Source: Thermoanaerobaculia bacterium (GTDB lineage Bacteria > Acidobacteriota > Thermoanaerobaculia > Multivoradales > JAGPDF01). From it: a stretch of 64,000 bases of DNA. Both the position numbers and the translations under genes were made by a program. This document shows positions 47,769-55,727 of this stretch, one piece after another (the first letter of the stretch is position 1; each line of letters starts with the position of its first letter). The DNA is taken from positions 15,311 through 79,310 of the forward strand of contig JANNGS010000069.1 of NCBI GenBank assembly GCA_031403995.1, written 5' to 3'. A model generated the notes under the pieces. It ran no database searches, was not told the origin of the DNA, and was given only the letters and a program-made list of their open reading frames with translations.

Positions 47769-49184
47769 TCAATCTGCGAACTTCCTCATCGTGGCGGTAT
47801 CCCCCTTGCTGCCGAAGAAGAGCGCGAAATAGCGCCGTTGCTCGTCCCGGTCGGCACTCACGAACCGACCCGCCGCCCAACCGGCGAGAGCGCTCTCCGG
47901 CGCGTGCTCCGCGAGCCAGCCAGCGGCGTTCCCTCCGACCGGATTCGTCACCAGCTTCGCCACCGGATGCCCCGAGGACTCCTGCTCGAATCCCGGGGGC
48001 CAGGGATGGTAGGCCCCGAGAGCGGCGAAGAGCATCGAAAACGCCAGGAGCACCGCGAAGAGCACCCGGCGCCGGGAAAGCCCCAGGACCCAGGGCGCGC
48101 AAAAGAGCAGCAGCGGCTGGATCGGCAGCAGGTAGCGGTAGCCGTAGGACCAGCCGCCGAAGGAGCCCGCGAGCGCGGCGTGTCCTGCGACTTGAAGGGC
48201 GATGCCCCCGGCGAGGAGGCGCCAGGTCATGACATCTCCCGCCGGCCCCAAGCGCGATCCAGAAGAAGAGCGGCGGCAGGCGACAACCAGCCCCCAGGCA
48301 CCGAAGATCAGCACCGGCGAGACCGTGAAAAGCCCGTGGCTGCCGAACAGGATCTCGAGCGGATAGAACAGGTTCTGCGGCAGCACGACCCCCGCTGCTG
48401 CCGGACCCGCCTGCGCCGAGAGGTCGACCGCGCCAGCGACCAGCTTGGCCGGCAGCGGCGAACCGTGCGTTCCCAGATTGGCGGCGCCTGCCACCACGAG
48501 ACAACAGCCCAAGCCGGCCGCAAACCGACCGGGCGCGCCGCGCGCGCTGCCGCGCACGAGAAGCCAGCCGAAGACCGGCGCCAGACCGAGGCCGGGCAGG
48601 AGGTCGACGGCCGCAGCGAGGCCGACGGCGAGGCCGCTCGTGAACCCTTTGCCGTCGAGCGCAGCAATGAATGCCACGAAGAGCAGGGCGGCCGCGACCG
48701 TATGGTTGTTGAGCGTCGTCGAGAAGGTGAAGAGCAGGGTCCCGGCCCCCAGAGCTCCGGCCAGCAGCCATCGCCAGCCTCCGTCGAGCTCGGGAAAACG
48801 CCTGAGCTCGGTAAAGAACCGCGCCACCAGCCAGGCGCTCGGCACACCGACGAGGAGGAGGGTCACCCAGTAGAGCACCTGGGCCGCTCCGGCGCCGGCG
48901 AGCGACCAGCCGAAAGTCGCCTGCAGGACGGCGTAGATCGCCGCGCCGGCGAGCGAAAGCAACGGCGGCTTGTTCGAGTACTCGCGTTCGCCGATGCGGA
49001 TCCGGTCGATGCTGGCCGCGAACCGGGAGCTCTCGATGCTCGCCTTGCCGTAATCGACCAGCGACTCGATCGCCGCCCAGCGCGACGCGTCGTTGCCGGC
49101 GATGAAGACCCGGCGGTGGGTCGTGGCGGCATAGAGGCCAAGGGTCAGCAGAAAGACGACCGCAGTCGCCGGAAGACGCTTCAT
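47769..49184 (-). CDS. Polytopic membrane protein, GT-C-fold glycosyltransferase-like
   Basis: NDASRW...YSNKPP loop after TM1, many TM helices, GG.SYG.RY. Confidence 0.6.
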   Translation of the reverse strand: MKRLPATAVVFLLTLGLYAATTHRRVFIAGNDASRWAAIESLVDYGKASIESSRFAASIDRIRIGEREYSNKPPLLSLAGAAIYAVLQATFGWSLAGAGAAQVLYWVTLLLVGVPSAWLVARFFTELRRFPELDGGWRWLLAGALGAGTLLFTFSTTLNNHTVAAALLFVAFIAALDGKGFTSGLAVGLAAAVDLLPGLGLAPVFGWLLVRGSARGAPGRFAAGLGCCLVVAGAANLGTHGSPLPAKLVAGAVDLSAQAGPAAAGVVLPQNLFYPLEILFGSHGLFTVSPVLIFGAWGLVVACRRSSSGSRLGPAGDVMTWRLLAGGIALQVAGHAALAGSFGGWSYGYRYLLPIQPLLLFCAPWVLGLSRRRVLFAVLLAFSMLFAALGAYHPWPPGFEQESSGHPVAKLVTNPVGGNAAGWLAEHAPESALAGWAAGRFVSADRDEQRRYFALFFGSKGDTATMRKFAD

Positions 49185-49252
49185 GGGAGAGACCTAGCAT
49201 AGCCGGGAACCCGGCCGGAGCCTCTTCCTTTACTGGTCCTTTGCTTCTATCT

Positions 49253-49729
49253 CTACTTGCAGATCTCCGCGCCGGTGCCGGCAATCTGGTAGACATGGAA
49301 CGGGCCGTCGCCCTGAAGGCTCGCTTCGTCGAACTTCCCGCCCTGCTCCTCGGCGGCATGCTTCATGTAGTTGACGTACTTGGCGCGGCTCATTTCGAGG
49401 TCCTCGACTTTGCCCTGCGCAACCGCCTGCTTGCCACGAGCCGCGACCGGGAAGACGATATCGCCGTCCTTGACCTTGACCTTGAGGCTTCGGGCGTCGG
49501 CGCCCGCCTGAATCTCCATCCAGCAGCCGGCCATTTCGCAGACCTCCTTGACCGCGCCCTCCACCCGAACCTCTTTGCCGGCGAACACCGTCGGCTGATC
49601 GAGGATCGCCGCGACAGAAGTGGATTCGGCGAGCGTCACGCCGGCGCCGTAGGAGACCTTTTCGCAGGTTTCGGCGAAGGCAGGAGAGACGGCCAGCACT
49701 AGCAGGGAAGAGACCAGGCGGAGGCGCAT
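49253..49729 (-). CDS. DUF4920-like secreted protein
   Basis: Signal peptide; V.G.V.EVC..GCWM; VKVKDG.IVFP. Confidence 0.75.
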   Translation of the reverse strand: MRLRLVSSLLVLAVSPAFAETCEKVSYGAGVTLAESTSVAAILDQPTVFAGKEVRVEGAVKEVCEMAGCWMEIQAGADARSLKVKVKDGDIVFPVAARGKQAVAQGKVEDLEMSRAKYVNYMKHAAEEQGGKFDEASLQGDGPFHVYQIAGTGAEICK

Positions 49730-49959
49730 CGGGAAGCTCCTATCGGGCAGGCAAGAAAAGTGGATCCGTTTCGGCAGGCCGGAGGGACAGCCTTGCGGCA
49801 CGGGGAATTCTACGAAATCGGCCGCCCCCGCGCGGCGAGCGGCCCACCCCGGATCTCGGGTAGACTCTCGGACTGGCTTTCGACTTGCATTCCAGCCGCC
49901 CAACGCCATTCCGGCGGTCCGTGCCCCACCGGAGTAAACCCCAGAGGAGAACCACCGCA

Positions 49960-51069
49960 ATGAGTCAGTCCCCGAATTCGATGAAGCAGCCCCGCGCGTT
50001 CGCCGCCATGGCGTCGCTCGCCATACTCGGCCTGGTCGGCTCGGTCCTGCCGGCCTGTGCGGGCGAGAAGAGCGCCGCCACCAAGCCGGCCGCAGTCGCG
50101 GTCGCAGCCGACAAGAACGCTCCGGTCGCCGAAGTCAACGGCAAGATCGTGACCATGGCCGATCTCGAGACGATGCTCGCCCCGCAGCTCGCGAAGCTCG
50201 AGCAGCAGCGCCAGCAGCTCCTCGAGCAGGGTCTCGACCGCCTCGTCGAGCAGAAGCTCATGGAGACCGAAGCGGCCGCCCGCGGCATCGATGTCCTGGC
50301 CCTGCAGCAGGCCGAGATCCAGGGCAAGATCGGCGAAGTGGCCGACGCCGAAGTCGCCACCTGGTACCAGGAGAATCAGGCGCGCGTCCAGGGCCGTCCG
50401 ATGGAGCAGATTGCGCCGCAGATCAAGCAGTTCCTCACCCAGCAGCGCGGCCAGACGGTGCAGGAAGAGTTCATCAAGTCGCTGCGCGGAAAGTACAAGA
50501 CCCGCATCCTCATGGACGTGGCCCGCGTCGCGGTGGCCGAAGCGGGTTCACCGGCGAAGGGTGGGCCGGTCGGCTCGCCGGTCACCATCATCGAGTTCTC
50601 CGACTTCCAGTGCCCCTTCTGCAGCCGCGTCAATCCGTCGATCGACCAGGCGAAGGCGGCCTTCGGCGACAAGGTCCGGTTCGTCTTCCGGCAGTTTCCG
50701 CTGAACATTCATCCCCAGGCACCCAAGGCGGCCGAGGCCTCCCTCTGCGCCAACGAGCAGGGCAAGTTCTGGGAGATGCACGACGCTCTGTTCGCCGACC
50801 AGCAGAAGCTCTCGCTGCCGGACCTCAAGGCCACCGCGTTGAAGGTCGGCGTCGACGCCGCCAAGTTCGACGCCTGCCTCGACAGCGGCAAGATGGCAGA
50901 GATCGTCGCCCGTGACATGGCGGACGGCCAGACGGCAGGGGTTTCGGGAACTCCGGCCCTGTTCGTGAACGGCCGCTTCATCAATGGCGCCGTGCCGTAC
51001 GAAGAGCTCGCAAAGGTGATCAACGACGAGCTCTCCCGCAAGGGCATCGAGGTTCCGGCGGCGAAGTGA
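49960..51069 (+). CDS. DsbA/thioredoxin-family protein with SurA-like N-terminal domain
   Basis: VAEVNG..VT..DL; IEFSDFQCPFC; FPL.IH; GVSGTP. Confidence 0.88.
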   Translation: MSQSPNSMKQPRAFAAMASLAILGLVGSVLPACAGEKSAATKPAAVAVAADKNAPVAEVNGKIVTMADLETMLAPQLAKLEQQRQQLLEQGLDRLVEQKLMETEAAARGIDVLALQQAEIQGKIGEVADAEVATWYQENQARVQGRPMEQIAPQIKQFLTQQRGQTVQEEFIKSLRGKYKTRILMDVARVAVAEAGSPAKGGPVGSPVTIIEFSDFQCPFCSRVNPSIDQAKAAFGDKVRFVFRQFPLNIHPQAPKAAEASLCANEQGKFWEMHDALFADQQKLSLPDLKATALKVGVDAAKFDACLDSGKMAEIVARDMADGQTAGVSGTPALFVNGRFINGAVPYEELAKVINDELSRKGIEVPAAK

Positions 51070-51530
51070 CGCCGGATGCACCCGACTCCGACGCCTCGGC
51101 GCCCCTGCCGGAGCTTTTCGGCCCGGCCTGGGCGGAACGCCTCGAGCGTGAGCTCGCGGTGAACGAGCCCTACCGCGCCGCCGCGGCTTCGTGGAAGGGC
51201 TCGTTGGCGTTCTCCCTCCTGCCCGACGGCACGTCTGGATTCCCGGCGGGCCGCGGGCTTTTTCTCGATCTCGCGCACGGCAACTGCCGGGCCGCGCGAC
51301 CGTCGCTCCCCGGTGATCTCGAGAGCGCGACCTTCTGTCTCACGGCTCCGGCCGCCGTCTGGATCCGGCTGCTGACCGGCGAGGTCGAACCCGGCGCCGC
51401 CCTCATGGGCGGAGGACTGAAGCTCACCCGCGGCTCGTTCTTCTCCCTGCTGCCGCACCTCAAGGCAGCCCATGCGCTCCTCGAGTGCGCCCGGCTCGTC
51501 CCGACCCACCTGCCCGTTTCCGCCCTCTGA
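51066..51530 (+). CDS. SCP2 sterol/lipid-binding domain protein
   Basis: LF..AW......N..YR.AAA.WKG; LDL.HG.C; W..LL.G...P..ALM.G.LKL..G. Confidence 0.78.
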   Translation: MTPDAPDSDASAPLPELFGPAWAERLERELAVNEPYRAAAASWKGSLAFSLLPDGTSGFPAGRGLFLDLAHGNCRAARPSLPGDLESATFCLTAPAAVWIRLLTGEVEPGAALMGGGLKLTRGSFFSLLPHLKAAHALLECARLVPTHLPVSAL

Positions 51531-51534
51531 TCCG

Positions 51535-52428
51535 GTGCGCGAGCTCCAGACGACCAGCCTGCGCGGCCTCGACCGGCAATCCCTGCCGTTCCGTCTGTTC
51601 GAGAAGGCCAAGCGCTGCGGCATCTGGAATCCTTCCGACATCGACTTCGCGCAGGATCGCGCCGACTGGGCGAATCTCGCTGCGGACGAGCGCGACCTCC
51701 TGCTGCGCCTGACCTCGATGTTCCAGGCTGGCGAGGAGTCGGTCACGCTCGACCTCCTGCCGCTCATCCAGGTGATCGCCGGACAGGGCCGGATCGAGGA
51801 GGAGATGTTCCTCACCTCGTTCCTTTGGGAAGAGGCCAAGCACGTCGATCTCTTCCGCCGCTTCCTCGACGAAGTGACCGGCCCTCGCCGCGACCTTGCG
51901 GAGTACCACTCGCCCTCCTATCGCGCGATCGTCTACGAAGCGCTTCCGGAAGCGATGGGGCGGCTCCGCCACGACGACTCCCCGGCGGCCATCGCCCGGG
52001 CCTCGGTGACCTACAACATGATCGTCGAAGGCGTCCTCGCCGAGACGGGCTACCAGGGCTATCTCACGATTCTCGAACAGCGCGGCATCCTGCCTGGAAT
52101 CAGCCGGGGCGTGCGCCTCCTGCGGCAGGACGAGTCGCGCCACATCGCCTATGGCGTCCACCTGCTCTCGCGGCTCGTCGCCGAGGACGGGCCGGAGGTC
52201 TGGCAGGCGGTCCAGGAGCGCATGGAGGCGCTCCTCCCGCCGGCGCTCGGCGTGGTGCACGAGATGTTCTCGCCTTACACTCCGATCCCGTTCGGAGTCG
52301 ATCCCGAGCAGTTTCTCGGCTTCGCCATGACCCAGTTTCAGTACCGCTGGTCGCGCATCGAGAAGGCCGGCAAGGACGGGGTCGTGGAGAGCGACCTCGA
52401 CGCAGAAGAAGGAACCATCCCCTCATGA
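51535..52428 (+). CDS. R2-like ligand-binding oxidase (R2lox, Mn/Fe)
   Basis: RLFEKAK..GIWNP.DIDF, FQAGEESVTLDLLP, EEAKH, ASVTYNMIVEGVLAETGY and DESRH. Confidence 0.9.
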   Translation: MRELQTTSLRGLDRQSLPFRLFEKAKRCGIWNPSDIDFAQDRADWANLAADERDLLLRLTSMFQAGEESVTLDLLPLIQVIAGQGRIEEEMFLTSFLWEEAKHVDLFRRFLDEVTGPRRDLAEYHSPSYRAIVYEALPEAMGRLRHDDSPAAIARASVTYNMIVEGVLAETGYQGYLTILEQRGILPGISRGVRLLRQDESRHIAYGVHLLSRLVAEDGPEVWQAVQERMEALLPPALGVVHEMFSPYTPIPFGVDPEQFLGFAMTQFQYRWSRIEKAGKDGVVESDLDAEEGTIPS

Positions 52429-53486
52429 CCACCTATCTCGTCACCGGCGCCTGCGGCTTCATCGGCTCGAATTTCGTGCACGACGTCCTGGCACGCGAGC
52501 CCGGAGCCACCGTCGTGGCGCTCGACAACATGTCGTTCGCCGCCAATGAACCGAATCTCGACGGAGTCCGCGACCGCATTCACTTCGTCGTCGACGACAT
52601 CTGCAACTTCACCGGCATGCTCGAGGTCTACGGCAAATTCCAGCCCGATTTCGTCGTCAACTTCGCCGCCGAGAGTCACAACGATCGGGCCGTTCTCGAC
52701 CCGTCGGCGTTCGCGCGCACCAACGCTCTCGGGGCCCAGATCCTGCTCGAAGCCTCACGCCGCCATCCCGTGAAGCGTCACCTGCACGTTTCGACCATCG
52801 AGGTCTACGGCGAGCTCGCCGAAGATGCCGCCTTCTTCACCGAGGGCAGCCCGCTGAACGCCAAGACGCCCTATAGCGCGGCCAAGGCGGCCGGCGACCA
52901 GTTCGTGCGCGCCTATATGCAGACCTATCGCGACATGGACATCGCGATGACTCACTGCGCGAACAACTATGGCCGCTTCCAGTTTCCGGAAAAGCTGGTG
53001 CCGTTGATGATCACCAACGTGCTGCGCGGCAAGAAAGTGCCGGTCTACGGCGACGGCCTGCAGATGCGCGACTGGCTGCACGTCTCGGATCATTGCGCGG
53101 CGATCTGGACGATCCTCCACGCGCCGCGTGTGGCGGTGGGATACGAGGCCGCGACCCGGCCCGCGCTGCTGCCGATCTACGACATCTCGGCGCGCAACGA
53201 GCGCACCAACATGGAGATCGTCGAGCGCGTTCTCTCCCTGCTCGGCAAGCGTCCAGAAGACTGGATCGAGCATGTCCCGGACCGTCCCAATCACGACCGG
53301 CGTTACCTGATCGACCCGGCCAAGCTCGAGCGCGAGCTCGACTGGACGCCGCTCGTCGCCTTCGATCAGGGAATCGACGAGACCGTGAAGTGGTACGTAG
53401 ATCACCGCTCGTGGTGGGAGGCGATCCTTGCCCGCACCGGCGACCTCGCGTTCGATTGGGCCGCCGGCACCTCCGTCCGTACCTAG
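52425..53486 (+). CDS. dTDP-glucose 4,6-dehydratase-like SDR (divergent active site)
   Basis: VTGACGFIGSNF, NFAAESHNDR, STIEVYG (canonical is STDEVYG), PYSAAK, NNYG..QFPEKL and RDWLHV.DH. Confidence 0.8.
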   Translation: MTTYLVTGACGFIGSNFVHDVLAREPGATVVALDNMSFAANEPNLDGVRDRIHFVVDDICNFTGMLEVYGKFQPDFVVNFAAESHNDRAVLDPSAFARTNALGAQILLEASRRHPVKRHLHVSTIEVYGELAEDAAFFTEGSPLNAKTPYSAAKAAGDQFVRAYMQTYRDMDIAMTHCANNYGRFQFPEKLVPLMITNVLRGKKVPVYGDGLQMRDWLHVSDHCAAIWTILHAPRVAVGYEAATRPALLPIYDISARNERTNMEIVERVLSLLGKRPEDWIEHVPDRPNHDRRYLIDPAKLERELDWTPLVAFDQGIDETVKWYVDHRSWWEAILARTGDLAFDWAAGTSVRT

Positions 53487-53507
53487 CCTGGACGATCGCC
53501 GAGGCTC

Positions 53508-55571
53508 CTAGGGGGCGACCACCGACCAGGTGGAGGTATCGCCGCTCTCGAAACCGTCAACGAAAAGGGTGAGGTACCGCAGGCCGGCATCGACGTTCAC
53601 CACCTGGCTCCCGGTGGTGAAGGCGATCGGCGCCGTCCGCCCGCTCCCTGGATCGACGTCGCTGTCGACCGCATCGTCACCGCCGGCGTCCTGCGGCGAG
53701 AAGACGAACGGTCCAGCCGGCGCGACTTCGATGATATAGCTCGCGGTGAGCAGGCCGCCGAACGAATAGCTGCCGCCGCCGGTCGTCGGTTGACTGGAAA
53801 GCAGCGTCGCCCCGCTAACGTCCAGGAGATTCACCACCACCCCAGCGAGGCCGGACTCCCCGGCTTCGCGCACACCGTCGCGGTCGAGGTCGTCCCAGAC
53901 CTGGCCCGCGAGCGTCGACACTCCGAGGGCCAGTCCGGCATCGATCGAAGTATCGAGCACGTCAATCGCGACCGCGAACGGATCGGTCTCTCCGGTCGTC
54001 GGGTCGGCGTCCGAGTCGACGGTATCGTCGCCTCCGACATCCTGCGTGGTGAAGGTAAAGCTCGCCGAAGGCAGGAGGAACTTGAGGTGCCAGCTCCCCT
54101 CCTTCGGCTTCAGGAAGTAGTTGCCGTCGACATCCGTCGCCGTCGTCCGCCGCAGGCTGAGCGTGTCGTCGTAGAGCTCGACCGCGACGCCCGCGAGTCC
54201 GGGCTCCGGACCGTCCTGGATGCCGTCGACATCCTGGTCGATCCAGACCGTCCCTTGAAGATCTCCCGTGACCCGAAACCTCTGCCCCTGAATGCTGCCG
54301 AGGGAGTTGTCGCCGGCGCTCGAACCGGTGCTCTTCCAAACCACCACGAAGTCGCCATTGGCATCGACCGCCATCGCCGAAGCGGTCTGATCCGAAGTGG
54401 TGTAACTGTTGACCTGAAACGGACCGCCGAGCGCCGCACCGGCGGCGGAATAGCGCCGTCCGTGGAGGCTGTAACCCGCGGTGTCGCCGGAGCTCGCCCC
54501 GAAGCTCTGCCAGGCGACGACGAAATCCCCCTCGGTATCCACCGCGACCGCCGGGAGCCATTGGTAATTCGTCGTGTACTCGTTGACCTGAAACTCGCTG
54601 CCCTGCGAAACACCGGCCGCCGAGAAACGCTGGGCGTGGACGCTGGTCTCCGAGATGTCTCCTGAGCTCGACCCCATGCTGTCCCAGGCCACCACGAAGC
54701 TGCCGTCGGCGCCCGCAGCGATGGCGGCGGTGCTTTGAAAAGAGCTCGTGTAGGTGTTCACCTGGAACTCGCCACCCAAAGCCGTTCCCGCCGAAGAGTA
54801 GCGCTGCGCCTGGACGCTGTAGGCGCTGCTGTCGTTGCCGGCCGAGGCGTAGCTCTGCCAGGCGACGACAAAATCCCCCTCCGGATCTGACGCTATCGCC
54901 GGCAGGCGCTGGAAGCTCGAGGTGACGGTGTTCACTTGAAAGGTCGGGCCGGCCGGCGTCCCGCCGGCCGCGAAACGCTGGGCTCGAACGCTCCACAAGG
55001 GATCGCTGCCGCTCGCGCTCTGGCGCGCCCAGGCGACCACGAAGTCGCCGTCAGCGGCGGCGGCGACGGCGGGCCACTCCTGGTACAGGGGATCGAAGCT
55101 GCTCACGACGAACTCGCTCCCGGCGGGCGAGCCGCTCGACGCGAAGCGCTGGCCCGCGATCGCCCAGCCGGCGGGAGATCCGCTGCTCCAGACGACCGTG
55201 AAGTTGCCCGCCGCATCCAAGGCAATCGCAGGCTGAAGCTGACTCTCCATCGTGGTGCTGTTGACCTGGAACTGGCCACCCAGCGGCGCTCCGCTTGGCG
55301 AGAACCGCTGCCCCTGGATGCTGAAGCCCGAGCTGTCGCCGCCGCTCGAGCCGTTGCTCATCCACACCACAATGAAGCTCCCGTCCGCCGCCGCCGCGAC
55401 CGCCGGCGTCTCCTGACGGCTCGTCCAATAGCTATTGACCTGGAACTGGCCGCCCACCGGCACCGGCGCCGGGACGCTCCAGGCGGGCAGGGGCACGAGC
55501 ATGGCGATCAGCAGGCCGCCGCCAAGCGACGACAGGGCCCAGGTCCGGCGGTCGTGCGAGGTCTTCTCCAT
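53508..55571 (-). CDS. Secreted protein: 7 'FQVN' beta-propeller-like repeats, two SdrD-B-like domains and an LFVDGFESGD tail
   Basis: Repeats G.(E/Q)FQVN.YT...P.VA....G.FVV.W seven times; G.VW.D.D.DG..D..E.GLAGV twice. Confidence 0.82.
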   Translation of the reverse strand: MEKTSHDRRTWALSSLGGGLLIAMLVPLPAWSVPAPVPVGGQFQVNSYWTSRQETPAVAAAADGSFIVVWMSNGSSGGDSSGFSIQGQRFSPSGAPLGGQFQVNSTTMESQLQPAIALDAAGNFTVVWSSGSPAGWAIAGQRFASSGSPAGSEFVVSSFDPLYQEWPAVAAAADGDFVVAWARQSASGSDPLWSVRAQRFAAGGTPAGPTFQVNTVTSSFQRLPAIASDPEGDFVVAWQSYASAGNDSSAYSVQAQRYSSAGTALGGEFQVNTYTSSFQSTAAIAAGADGSFVVAWDSMGSSSGDISETSVHAQRFSAAGVSQGSEFQVNEYTTNYQWLPAVAVDTEGDFVVAWQSFGASSGDTAGYSLHGRRYSAAGAALGGPFQVNSYTTSDQTASAMAVDANGDFVVVWKSTGSSAGDNSLGSIQGQRFRVTGDLQGTVWIDQDVDGIQDGPEPGLAGVAVELYDDTLSLRRTTATDVDGNYFLKPKEGSWHLKFLLPSASFTFTTQDVGGDDTVDSDADPTTGETDPFAVAIDVLDTSIDAGLALGVSTLAGQVWDDLDRDGVREAGESGLAGVVVNLLDVSGATLLSSQPTTGGGSYSFGGLLTASYIIEVAPAGPFVFSPQDAGGDDAVDSDVDPGSGRTAPIAFTTGSQVVNVDAGLRYLTLFVDGFESGDTSTWSVVAP

Positions 55572-55727
55572 GCGAACTGGCCTCCGCGGCAATCCAGGAT
55601 CGATGAGCGCCGAGAAACCGGGCGCGAATCCACCCTCCTTCTAACATCGATCCAGCCGCGGCGCATCGAGATACGTCGCAGTCCGTGAGCTCCGGCGCCC
55701 GGCGGCTCAGCATAGAATGCCGCGATC

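Noticed and set aside
47740-49359. Apparent 780-aa RluA fusion
   Set aside because: The upstream part is an alternate frame of the membrane-protein gene. The RluA domain starts at about 47739.
51535-52428. Ribonucleotide reductase beta subunit (nrdB/nrdF)
   Set aside because: The motifs match R2lox and there is no R1 subunit gene nearby.
54280-55460. Periodic DNA similarity as a possible CRISPR array or repeat element
   Set aside because: It is explained by ~60-65-aa protein repeats. There are no identical repeats with unique spacers and no cas genes.
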